DNA of 64,000 bases. It comes from Glaucostegus cemiculus (taxonomy: Eukaryota). Below are positions 1-12,000 of the stretch, one piece after another. A program made the translations under genes and the position numbers. The stretch is from contig CDPCPM010000022.1 of the NCBI GenBank assembly GCA_976551045.1, positions 4,836,001 through 4,900,000 of the forward strand. Reading direction: 5' to 3'. Under the pieces are notes generated by a model that saw nothing but the letters and a program-made list of their open reading frames with translations, was not told where the DNA came from and did no database searches. Each line of letters begins with the position of its first letter. The first letter of the stretch is position 1.

Positions 1-1309
1 CATTGAATCCCTAGAGCTTGCCTTATTCCCAGATAGCATAGTTACTCTTACATCAATAACACTAAAGGTTTTGGATAGTGGGGTGGTCATTGAAATTTGT
101 AGCAATTAGGTGAGGGGCACAACTAACACAGTCTCACTGCAATGCTCATCTATGTAGATGTTTTTAAATGCCTAAGCCTGCACTATTACAAAGGAAAGCT
201 AGTCATCAAAGGAAGTACAGCTAATTTTAACCAATGTTATGTACTATAACATATAATTTATGAATGTTGTTCTAAATCACAACAAAGTTCTTTTAAACTT
301 TTACAAGATGTCTTATTTTTTCAATTTCATTGCTGCAAAGTTCACTTAATTTTGGGTTATTCTTTTTGAATTATGCAAGTATCAAAATTTTGTACTTAGT
401 TCTATAATCAAAGTGAATCTATGTCATTGCTTTTTATATCATCCATTTGTTATTAGTGATTTAATGAGATCTATTCATTTTGACTAATTTAATTTGTTAA
501 AACCCATTATTAATTTGACCATTTATAATTTATGACATTTGTTTCCTCACTGTAGGTGATGAATATGCAATAGGTACATTGAATATAGGCCACAACACTT
601 AAATATCCCAAGTTTCAGCTATTGTTTCTTTTCAAAGGTCAAATTTTCATATTTGTGTGTATAAATTATTTTGTTATTTCAAGATACTGAGATAAGATCT
701 GTAATTCTTTTAGTCTGTTTCATGACATTTTTCATGACAAATTTGAAATGAAGCAACAACTAATTTCATGGCTAATGGCCACAGCACTTCCCTGGTTTTT
801 TTTACACATTAAATAAACACCAGATAACTTACTGATGATTCACTCAGACCTTTTACCACAGTTTTCTTCTGGTTAGCAAATGGGTCAAGAGTAGATTCAG
901 AGCTGATTGAATTTCTAAATACTGTAATATTTGCTGTATTGTGAACAGCTTTGCCTGCAGTTGAGGTATTGTGTTACATTCCATGCTTTTTTGTCGAGAA
1001 TACTTGACTGCTTCCTGCCATTCATAGTGAATCTCCAGAGATTTTGAGACAAATTTCTATACCAATGTCAATAATTCAGCCATTCTTTATTATTTTTGGC
1101 AGAAAATAATATTGAAGTTTTTACAGCGAATGTCAAAAGTATGAGTTTTATTTTCAAGAGTGGTGCAATGATTTTGGTGGTTTATTAACATAAATGTTCC
1201 TGATGTAAACAACTTGTTCATATATTACAAGGTAAACCTTCTTGTTGTAATTCTAAATTTTCTGTTGTTGCATAAGAATTTCTTCTTGTAGAATTTCTGA
1301 AATTATCTA

Positions 1310-1522
1310 TTCTGGTGGATTGTGGAGGTTAAATCATTGGAGGTATTTAAAAAGAGGAGGGAGATAATTTTTTGAAGGATTGGGAAATTGAGGACATAGG
1401 GAACTGGCACAAAGGTGTTGATGTCTGGGGGAGATGGGTTATGAGCTTATTGAATGGCTGGATGTGGTTGAGAGGCCAAGTGGCCCACTCCTGCTCTTAT
1501 TTTCTTGTAATCTTGTGTTCTG
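1310..1522 (+). mobile_element. CR1 LINE 3' end fragment, degraded
   Basis: Reads 'aaatcattggaggtatttaa...cttattgaatggc...ggccaagtggcccactcctgctcttatttt', similar to the CR1 3' end at 8540-8722. Confidence 0.7.
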
Positions 1523-1910
1523 GTATAAAATACAGACAATTTTGATAAACTAACCAAAATGTAAGATTGCATTTATTTAAGTTGGAGGAAGAGAGGAAGG
1601 AAAAAAAACCTAAGAATCAACCTTATCTATTAATGTCTGATTGCAGATTAGATATAGTTGCAAATCTTTAATCAGTGATTTCCCCTCATTACATATTATA
1701 CAAATTAGAGATGTTATCCAGATACCCATCCAGTAACTAAATGGCCAGTACTCTGAATGGCACACTTATTTCAGGAAATATGAGTTCGATATATGAAGAT
1801 GCGCAGAGAGAAAATCTCGTAAAACAGTGGGATAAAAATATTTAAAAGGGTAATCAATGGAATTCAAGAGAAATGCATTCCACTAAAAGCCACAAACATG
1901 AGCTAAATTA

Positions 1911-2197
1911 TGTAGCGGTTAGTGTAACGCTATTTCAGCGTCAGCAACCCGGGTTCAATTCCGGCCGCTGTCTGTAAGGAGGTTGTATGTTCTCTGTGTG
2001 TCTATGAAGATTCTCCCTGGGTGCTCTGGATTCCCCCCACATTTCAAAGACATACAGCTTAGGAATTTGTGGGAATGCCATGTTGGAGCTGGAAGAGTGG
2101 CGACACTTGCGGGCTGCCCCCCAGAACACTCTACGCAAAAATTGAATTTCACTGAGTTTTTCAATGTGCATATGACCAATAGAGATATCTTATCTTA
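1911..2197 (+). mobile_element. tRNA-derived V-domain SINE with (tctta)n tail (family A)
   Basis: tRNA-like head with B box 'ggttcaattcc', V-core 'gggtgctctggattccccccacatttcaaagac', tail 'atatcttatctta'. Homologous copies at 9227, 18590 and 59135. Confidence 0.9.
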
Positions 2198-2635
2198 AAT
2201 AACAAAGGGAAAATTAAATCAAAATTACTGATAAGGTAAGAGAATGTAGAATGCAAGAATAGTCTAGACAAAACTTAAAAAGCAGTCTGCAAGAGTTTCT
2301 ATAGATATGTAAAAAGCAAAAGAAAAGCAAAATATAATGTAGGTCCCTTATAGACTGAGGCAGGAATTAATATTAGGGACCAGAGAAATCATAGAGAAAT
2401 TTAACAAATATCTTGTGGATGTTGTTACAGAAAAACTCCTGGAAATAGAGAACTATAGAGTGAATGAGGAACTCAAAGAAATTGACATGAATAAAAAGCA
2501 TGAGAGAAATTAACAGCAATGCAAGGTCATAAAATACCAGAATCCAATGACCTACATCCTAAGGTTTTGAAATAATAGCCATGCAGTCATAATAGCTATT
2601 GGTTGCCAACTGCCAAAATTTCTTAGATTTTCAAT

Positions 2636-3318
2636 TAGGATCAGAGGGACCTTGGGGTCCGAGTTCATAGGACGCTCAAGGCAGCTGCACAGGTTGACTC
2701 TGTGGTTAAGAAAGCATATGGTGTATTGTCCTTCATCAGTCATGGGATTGAATTTAGGAGCCGAGAGGTATTGCTTCAGTTGTATAGGTCCCTGGTCAGA
2801 CCCCACTTGGAGTATTGTGCTCAGTTCTGGTCGCCTCACTATAGGAAAGATGTGGAGGACTCAGAGAGGGTGCAGAGGAGGCTTACGAGGATGCTGCCTG
2901 GAATGAGGAGCATGCCTTACAAGAGCAGGTTTTCTCCCTGGAGAGGAGAAGGATGAGGGGGGACCTGATAGAGGTTTATAAGATGATGAGAGGTATTGAT
3001 CGGGTAGATAGTCAGAGGCTTTACCCCAGGGCTAAAATAGTGGCCACAAGAGGACATAGGTTTAAGCTGCTGGGGAGTAGATATAGAGGAGATGTATAAG
3101 TTTTTTACTCAGAGAGTGGTGAGTGCGTGGAATGGGCTGCCAGAAAGGGTTGTGGAGGCAGATACGATAGGTCTTTCAAGGGACTGTTGGATAGGTACAT
3201 GGAGCAAAATAAGATAGAGGGCTATGAGTAAGCCTAGTAGTTTCTAGTGTAGGGATATGTTCAGCACAGTCTTGTGGGCCGAAGGGCCTGAACTGTTCTG
3301 TAGGTGTTCAATGTTCTA
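2636..3318 (+). mobile_element. Younger 5'-truncated CR1 LINE nested in the older CR1
   Basis: ORF 2702-2956 has LYRSLVRPHLEYCAQFWSPHYRKDV (CR1 RT C-terminus). 3' end 'gggccgaagggcctgaactgttctgtaggtgttcaatgttcta'. Confidence 0.9.
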
Positions 3319-3805
3319 GGCAAATAGTTTCTACAAATTAGAATGTAACAAATGTAACCTCACCAGTTAAGGAAGGAGGGAGATAAGGAGTTATGGATTA
3401 TTTATCCTGACATTAGTGGTAGGGAAAATGAGTAACCTACTAACAAAGAAGTGGTGTAATTTCCTCTTAGAAAATAATAATAGGACCGTGCAGATTCAAG
3501 CTGGATTTGTGAAAGGGAAATCATGTGTGACAAGTTTCTATGAAAATTGTGACACTATAGATAAGGATGAAGCAGTTGATGTGGAGTACTTAGACTTTCA
3601 GAAGGCTTTTGATAAGATATCATTTAAGAAATTATTAAAGAGTAAAGAGCACATATTTGGTGGTAACCTACTAGCATGGATTGACAATAGACAGAAGACA
3701 GAGAGCAGGACAAAACATATCATTTCCAGATCATTACTGGGGCCCTAGCTGTTCACAATCTATGATTTGGATAATAGGATTAATGTGCTAATGATACAAA
3801 GCTAA

Positions 3806-3908
3806 GATAAGATAATAGATTTATTTATTAGTTACATATGCATGGAAGCACAGAGTGAAATGTGTCTTTTTGCATTACTGAGAATGTGCTGGGGGCAGCC
3901 CGTAGGTG
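3806..3908 (-). mobile_element. SINE family A 3' tail fragment
   Basis: 'agataagata...ttattagttacat...gtgaaatgtgtc...gggggcagcccg' is the reverse complement of the family A tail. Confidence 0.75.
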
Positions 3909-6900
3909 TTAAACAATTAGGAAGGAGAACTGTATGTTGGCCTTTATTATGGGAAGACTGAAATGTAAGAGTAGAGATATCTTGCTCTAATCATATGAAG
4001 TCCTGGTGAGATGTGTCTGGTCTTCCTACCCACTGAAGGATATGCTTCTGATAGAATTGGTGCACAAAGGTTCACTAGATTGATTCCTTGGATGATGGGT
4101 TTGTCATATGAGTAGATGTTAAGCAGACTGGATTTATAATGTCTGAGTTTAGAGGTAATCTTATTGAAATGCACAGGGCTTGACAGGATAAGTGTGAGAA
4201 TTATATTATTCCTGACTGGAGTCTATTAACCAGGGATCAGAGTCTCAGAAATAAAGGGCCATTCAAGACATTAATGAGAACAATGTTCTTCACCAAGAAT
4301 GTAGCAAATTTTTGGAACTCTACAGGAGAGCCATGGCAGATCATTTGCTAAGTATATTCAAGGCAGAGATCAACAGATGTTTAGATATTAAGGGAATCAA
4401 GTGATATGGAGTTAGTGCAGAGATGTGACACTGAGGTAAAAGATCATGATCTTATTAAATGTTGGAACTGGTACAAGGGGTCATTTCATCTTCTGCTCCC
4501 GCTTCTATTTCTTAGGCTCTTAAGTCTCTAAAGTCAAAGAAATATAACAAGTAGCTGGGATGTACCGGAAGATGAGGACAGAAGGAAATATGAAAAACTT
4601 TGCAATGTCTTAATACTAACTATTGCGACAGCTAGTAATACTATTGTGAGAACTTTATTTAAATATATTAATGAAGAGCCTCTCTCTTAATGGAGAAATA
4701 CTTGTTTAGTTCATATTCCACCACTGTAAAAATTGCATATGGCTTGTTAGGGATCTGGTCCACCTTATTTTTAACATAAACCCTCATCCCAGACCACCAC
4801 TACCACCCCCTGAATTTCTCTCATTCCCATCGTTATTAAGGTAAGTAGCTGAGCCATCACTTCATCACATAATTATTTGAATTGAGTACCATTATTACCT
4901 AGGAGGTAAGTAGAGTTTTAAAATTGACATGGAACAGGAAGAAAATAATTTAGGTCAGTGCCTAAAATTGTGCCTATTGGGGATCACGTTGAGGTGAGGT
5001 GTCACTTTAAGACAGGGAGTGAGATGAAGTTTGAAGAAAGTTTCACTAATCCTTCATACAAGAAATAAAAGGGCTTATCATTAATGTCCCAGGACTTACA
5101 ATTATCTTTACCCTCATGGTATATCCTCATGGAGATAGTTGCAGTAGGCAGACAAAGAAATCTGCTGAGCTCTGCTTCATACCCGGATCATGCAGACAGC
5201 AGATATCTCAGTGCTGATTTTGAGGATGAACCTTGAAGGAAAACAAAAAGAAAATTATGGAGGTAGGAATTCAGAATTAGGTATCAATCTCCAATTCTGG
5301 CTTGGCTTTCAGTTGGTGTACAGCAGAAGGAAAATCTAGCCCCTGCAGTTTTTAGAGAGCACTTTTTTAAAATCAGATGGTATCACGTTAAACAAGTAAT
5401 AATTACACAAGACATGAACAGTGAATGCACCCTGAAGAAAAAAATGACAGAAGCAGGCACAGGATGCAATCATATGAAATCCTGTGCTACTGGCAATGCT
5501 TTGCTTTCAGGAAGCTGTTAATAGCAATATATGGTGTGCCTGGGATCTTGTTCGTGCAATTGTGCTGTTGGAAACTTCTACACATATTGTCAATGTGTCA
5601 TTTTCTTCCTATTAAAGAACTAACCTGTCAAAGTGTCTGATGTGATCCTAGTGGGTATTTACATACCAGGAAAGATAAATTAATCTATCTCTACCACAAG
5701 GTTGAAGTATAATGACAGGAGGATATAGAGCCATCTTGCTATTCTTTTTACAACAGGATCTTTTTCATTGACATATCCTAAGGTTATGTCAAATACACTT
5801 GGTCCTGCAAGATACATATTCATTATGTTGAGTGAAATTAATTTACATATATGTAAATGAAAGTGAATTTTGTTGAATATTTTATAGGTAATTGGTCACA
5901 ATATTTTTGTTTTAAAAGAAATGGATAAAATATGTAACTGAATATCTAAACTGGTATTTGCTATGCAAAAAATCTTGATTAGAAATGTGCATACAGTATA
6001 TTGGGACTATATTTCTGTAAGGAATGAAAGCACGCAGATTGATTATGCTTTTGTGTACTGATACAACTTTTAATGAGTTGTAATACTAACTACGGACTGG
6101 AGAATACCAGGGTAAACTGTTTCATTGATGAGTAACATAAACAATAGAGACTGATGTACACAGAGCCACTGTTCATGTATGAAAGCACCATTAACTGGTA
6201 TGGATGGAATGCCTTTGATTTCCAGATTTTCTAATTCTTGTCCAGTTGAAATCTACTGATGACATTAGAACAATAACATTTTCTAGATTTCAGAACAGCC
6301 CTAATTTAGCAGAAGAATGAAACAGGATGGAAATATAATGTCCCATGAGTTTGCTTTCCTCAGTGCAATATATTTTGAGATGGTTAAAAGGACTAAGAGG
6401 CTCTTCAAAAGTCAGGAACACAATTCATAAGTGAATAGTCTGCAGATCAAAAGGAGGAGTGACTAAAAAGCATCAGCTTGCCACTAACGAAGGAGAAATA
6501 CTCTTGTCTATCCACATGAAAACATGCTTAAGTTCAAACTCAAACCTTAGTGTAGAATATTACAAAGTGCTGATAGAAGACTTAAAATAAGATTATGTAC
6601 CTGCCATATTCCATTCATCATCACTGCACCTCAGCATAAGAAATATTGCGAAATATGCCCTTTTTGGCTGAACAAGTTCAAAGGGCCAAATAGCCATGCT
6701 TGATCTTTTTTTGTTTAGATACCTTAAGAGATGATTTTAATAATTAATAAAATGGAAGCATAGAAACAGCAATTGTCATTTGCTATCCTATATCCTCCAA
6801 CTGAAAAAGATAGCCAGTTAGATAAACAGAAATGAATCTGAAATATAAACACCCATTATTGTAAACAATATTACTGCTAGGAATTTCTGCACAATGTTTT

Positions 6901-7640
6901 AGATAGTTTTCACAATGACAGTGGAAGCCTCAAATGGCTAGGTAAACGGGTCTTTTGGCAAAGTTGCAGTAACCAACTGGGATCACCTCTGATGCAATTC
7001 TAAGAGCCCATCTAGAAACACATGTTGCATTAGGTTCCTAATGGACATTGACGCCAAGTGGAGAATGAGAAAATGACCGATTGGCCTGTCAAACCTTTTC
7101 CCACAGCAGGTCATGCAATATTCATTTTCTCATGGACTTACATTTACTTACTTCATCATGAGAGGCAAAAATGCTTTTGGTTTGCCAAATGCAATTAAAC
7201 TGAACTGAAGAATATCTGTCCACATCTCTATCACTCCAGTCTCACACTCCCAACACATAAATCTCATCTCCATCCTCAAAAACACACTTATCCAGCTGCT
7301 GTTTTTGAATGCAACGAATGACATCACATAGTTTACAGTGAACATTTGTTCTGTACATGAAGTGGGAAAATCTTTTCAATTTCTATACATTTGTTTTAAT
7401 TTTTGCATTGTATTGTTTGTTCTGTAATTACAACTGAGTCATTTATTTTAACATCATTTCTATTTATTTTAATAGCTTTGATCAATTGATTCTGAATTTT
7501 GTTTTCTGTAATGAAGATTACATTTGCAATGAATATGGATTACTTGCTATCAAGCATGACCAAATAAATTTTGCATAACCACTTAATATGCCTAAATCAA
7601 GCAATTCTGGTTTGAAAAGCATAGTAGGCTTTCTTTATAT

Positions 7641-8722
7641 TAATTGACTGGCAGAAGGCAAAAGAGTGGGAATAAAGGGGGCCTTTTCTGGTTGGCTGCT
7701 GGTGACTAGTGGTGATCCGCAGGGGTCAGGGTTGAGTCCGTTACTTTTCACGTTATATGTTAATGATCTGGATGATGGAATTGATGGCTTTGTGACCAAG
7801 TTTGTGATGATACTAAGATAGGTGGAAGGGCAGTGTTGAGGAAGCAGGGAGTCTGCAGAAGGACTTGAACAGGCTGGGAGGATGGGAGAAGAAGTGGCAG
7901 GTGGAATACAGTGTAGGGAAATGTACATTCATGCACTTTGGTAGAAAGAATAAAGGCATAGACTATTTTCTAAACGTGGAGCAAATTCAGAAATCGGAGG
8001 TGGAAAGGCACTTGGGAGTCCTAGTGCAGGATTCCCTAAAGGTTAACTTGCAGGTTGTGTCAGTAGTAAGGAAGGCAAAGGCAATGTGAGCATTCATTTC
8101 GAGAGGGCTAGAATATAAAAGCAAGGATGTAATGCTGAGGTTTTATAACGCATTGGTCAGACCACATTTGGAGTATTGTGAACAGTTTTGGGCCCCATAT
8201 CTAGGGAAGGATGTGCCAGCATTGGAGAGAGTCCAGAGGAGGTTAACAAGAATGATCCTGGGGATGAAAGGGTTTATATATGAGGAGCATTTGATGGCTC
8301 TGGGCCTGTACGCACTGGAGTTTAGAAGGATGAGGGGGATGTCATTGAAATCTACTGAACATTGAAAGGCCTGGATAGAGTGGACGTGGAGAGTAGTTTC
8401 CAGTAGTGGGAGAGTCTAGGACCAGAGGGCACAGCCTCAGAATAGAAGGATGTCCCTTTAGAAGAGAGATAAGGAGGAATTTCTTTAGCCAGAGAATGGT
8501 GAATCTGTGGAATTCATTGCCACATACGGCTGTGGAGGCCAAGTCATTGGGTATATTTAAAGCAGAGGTTGATAGCTTCTTGATTAGTAAGGGCATCAAA
8601 GGTTACAGGGAGAAGGCAGGTGAACGAGGTTGAGAGGGAAAAATAAATCAGCCATGATCAGATGGCAGAGCAGACTCAATGGGCCGAATGGCCAAATTCT
8701 GCTCCTATGTCTTATGGTCTTA
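7641..8722 (+). mobile_element. 5'-truncated CR1 LINE (RT C-terminal half and 3' UTR), frameshifted
   Basis: ORFs 7865-8089, 8132-8365 (LVRPHLEYCEQFWAP) and 8406-8633 (FFSQRMVNLWNSLP). Tail 'ctgctcctatgtcttatggtctta'. Confidence 0.95.
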
Positions 8723-8854
8723 TATCTTGCTGGTATTTTACATAAATCTTCTTGATAACACAAAATTTACTTATCTTTGTGAGATGTTGATATCAGTCTG
8801 GATCACATCAAACATGTTGACAGATTAGTTTTTAAATGGAAGAAATTGACTCAT

Positions 8855-9138
8855 TCCAGGATTCTGGACTCTCACCATCCAGGACATGCCCTCTTCATGT
8901 TACTACTATCAGGGAGGAGGTATTGGAGCCTGAAGACCCAAACTCATCGATTCAGGAACAGCTTCTTCCCCTCTGCCATCAGATTTCTGAACATCCATGA
9001 ACACTACCTCATTATTCCTCTGTTTGGACTATTTACTTATTTTTGTAATTTATAGATTTTTACATCTTTACTGCTGCTGCAAAAACAACAAATTTCACAT
9101 CACATGTCAGTGATAATAAACCTGATTCTGATTCTGAG
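8855..9138 (+). mobile_element. Rex1/Babar-type LINE 3' end
   Basis: DSHHPGHALFMLLLSGRRYWSLK...RFRNSFFPSAIRFLN, followed by tail 'aataaacctgattctgattctga'. Confidence 0.8.
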
Positions 9139-9226
9139 CTTCATGTCCTGTGGAGATAGGTAACTGCCACCTCCCCTCTGATTAAATAATTTCTGAATTT
9201 GACCTGAATTTGTCTGGGTACTGTTA

Positions 9227-9774
9227 AAGATAAGATCTTTATTAGTCACTTGAACATCGAAACACACAGTGAAATACACTGGCGGCACTATAGCGTAGCA
9301 GTTAGCGTGACGCTGTTACAGCACCAGCGATTGAGGTTCGATTCCCGTCACTGACTGTAAGGAGTTTGTACGTTCTCCCGTGTCTGCATGGGTTTCCTCC
9401 GGGTGCTCCGGTTTCCTCCCACATTCTAATAAAAAAGACGTACGGGTAGGTGAATTTCGGTGTTGAAAATGGGCGGCGCGGACTCATTGGGCCGAAGGGG
9501 CCTGTTACCACGCTGTAAATAAATTTAAAAAAATTAAATTAATTAATTTTGTGTAGTGATTTGGGGGGGCAGCCCACAAGTGTCGCCATGCTTCCAGTGC
9601 CAACATAGCATGCCCACAACTTCCTAACCTGTACGTCTTTGGAATGTGGGAGGAAACTGGAGCACCCAGAGGAAACCCACACAGACACGGGGAGAACGGA
9701 CAAACTCCTTACAGACAGTGGCCGGATTTAAACCCAGGTTGCTGGCGCTGTAAAGCATTGTGCTAACCACTATG
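9227..9774 (-). mobile_element. SINE family A, split by a nested SINE
   Basis: Reverse complement of the 1911/18590 SINE. The tail occupies 9227-9280 and the body resumes at ~9549. Confidence 0.9.
9281..9548 (+). mobile_element. V-domain SINE with CR1-type tail (family B, HE1-like), nested
   Basis: Head 'ggcggcactatagcgtagcagttagcg', B box 'ggttcgattccc', V-core 'gggtttcctccgggtgctccggtttcctcccaca', CR1-like end 'ggactcattgggccgaaggggcctgtt' and an AT-rich tail. Confidence 0.9.
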
Positions 9775-11728
9775 TGTACAACTTAATGTTCTTTTAAAAG
9801 TTTATTGTACTTACAAACTTTATGACAACAATAATCTGCTATTGCCTTTAACAAACCATACTTTTTAACTTTAGACACTACTAACATCACAGTTCTCTTT
9901 AAATAATTGATTTCATACAAAACTCAACCCAATGATCATTCAGAGGAATGTTTGGCCATGTACACAGGTGATCAACCTTGTCTGTGGTCACATTGTGTAA
10001 GCTGGTAAAATTTAACCTTTAGCACTTTTTTGTTATAAGATAAAAATCATACCAATGAATAATGTGCACACACAGCCTACCATAAAGTGTACCAACTTCA
10101 TCTTAATCTTGCCCGTTTGGCTGCAATTAGTGAAAGTAATGAAAATGCTATCCTGTTTAAGGTTTTGACCATTATCACACAAAGATGGTTAGATGGGAAA
10201 AGGTCTTTGTTCTTCAGCATTTGTAAGGCTGATGAATGGAATTTACACCAGCAAAGATTTTGAACATTAACATTTCCAAAAGCTTTGGGGAAGAATCTAG
10301 ACTTGGATCAACCATGCTTGTTACTTGACATGAAGTTTGTGGTCTTGTGGATATGCAAACTGCAGAGTTCAAAGAAGAAGACAGGCGTCTAATTTTACTG
10401 AACATACGTCATTGTGTGGTCTGATTACACTGTTTATTTCCTTGGTTTGATGTAAAAATCAACATATTTACATCTCAGCTGGAATGTCAGCTTCTTCATT
10501 GTTTTTACCTCACAGTATGTCTTTAACAGCTCAGTTTAAAGTTCTGTTGCTTTCTCACAGTATGTGAGAATATGAAAGTTGGTCAATTTTGATGTGTGAA
10601 GGTCACAAAACAGCCTTTAAAATACAGCTGGCTGCCCATTTTAATGTCTGGGTTTTTTGAGTTAGATGTGTTCTTGCTGCAGGCCAGGCTAATCTGGACT
10701 CTTAAATCCCAGATTCATCCTCAACCTGTCAACAGATTTCCACTCAGTCCATCAGAATCAAATAGGTCTGAATACTGAAAAATGTAGTCTCAGTTAGAGT
10801 GATCACCATTTTTAGCCCAATCTATTGCATTTACATCGCAACCCATATTAACACTGTGAGGGGTTTAAAATGACTAAGAGATTCTTAAATAAACAAAAAA
10901 CAGAAGTCAAATAAATGATTGTGGATCAGTGTGAAAGATGAGTGAAGACCATAATTTTCTCATTAATGAAGCAGACACATTGGCCAGATTTTGATGAACT
11001 GGATCCATCAGCTGCATCTGTTGCTCAATACCCCATGCTTACCTGGTTTACATTAGTACGCCCTCATCTACTGGCCAAAACATGTACCTGACACTAAGAA
11101 GCATTCAAAAATAATTTAAAATGAAATAAACAATAGAACATTAAAAAAATTAATTTTGTTTCTAAAAATGAAAATAAATCTAAAACATTTAGGAACATAC
11201 TTAAGTAATTAAGACCTTACAGGAAACACAAATAATTAGAAAGAAAAACTTACCAACAGTTTTGGAGCTAAATATCACTAAACTCTTGAATAGATTGGTG
11301 GAAAAAATGGAAACTTAAGGTTTCATGCCAAAGAGATTTCTTAATGCTTTTGCCACCTTTTCAATCCCATTAAAGAATTAAACTACTAGCATTGATAACA
11401 TGAGGTTTTCATCAGGAAAGTTGCAGTCTTTCAGAGGCACAACACCTGCTTCATTTGTAAAGGCAACTTATGTTTATTTGTGCCTTGAGAGATTAAGGAA
11501 CAAGAAAAGAATCAAGGATAGGGGCAGGATTAAGGATAAAAGATTATAGTAGCTAGCTCAAAGAACATATTCAGTAATTCAAGAATGGAATATTTAGAGC
11601 ACAGTTTGCAAAGAAATGCTCCTCAGGAAGTGTCTGCACATGCCAACTCTATAAGCAACATTTTCACAACACTGTAGTAGTGGAAAAAATGGTTTTAAAC
11701 CACTTCAATTTGCCTAGAATGATAACAA

Positions 11729-11783
11729 AATATGAATGACAGATTACGCTCCATTGGGCTCCATACTTCCTGTCATTCATATT
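11729..11783. repeat. Perfect 14-bp inverted repeat with 27-nt spacer
   Basis: aatatgaatgacag (11729-11742) pairs with ctgtcattcatatt (11770-11783). Confidence 0.9.
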
Positions 11784-11784
11784 A

Positions 11785-12000
11785 GTAGTTATCGTGAATG
11801 TTTACTCTGCAACAAGATCTTTGAAATCTATAACAATCACCAACAATTGTTTCTTCATTTCCGACTCGAATAAACTGTACTCCATGTTGTTTCCTTATCA
11901 TTGCAACTATGTAATCACTTGTATATTTATCTGCCCAGTGCCCTGATTTATTACTATTATTATGCTTCCTAACATTGTGAGTTTCCAACAACCCACCTCT
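11785..12000 (-). mobile_element. Possible ancient LINE AP-endonuclease relic
   Basis: ORF 11782-12006 contains FIRVGNEETIVGDCYR, resembling the IVG.xYRPP motif of CR1/L2 endonucleases. Only one motif supports this. Confidence 0.3.

Larger units (their letters stand above)
1780..4525 (+). mobile_element. Old CR1 LINE (ORF2 plus 3' end), interrupted by three younger insertions
   Basis: Collinear CR1 ORF2 motifs: KSFYRYVKSK (~2290), GFVKGKSC and VDVEYLDFQKAFDKI (ORF 3416-3748), a decayed ADDTKL equivalent (~3790), and a CR1 3' tail at ~4380-4520. Confidence 0.8.
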
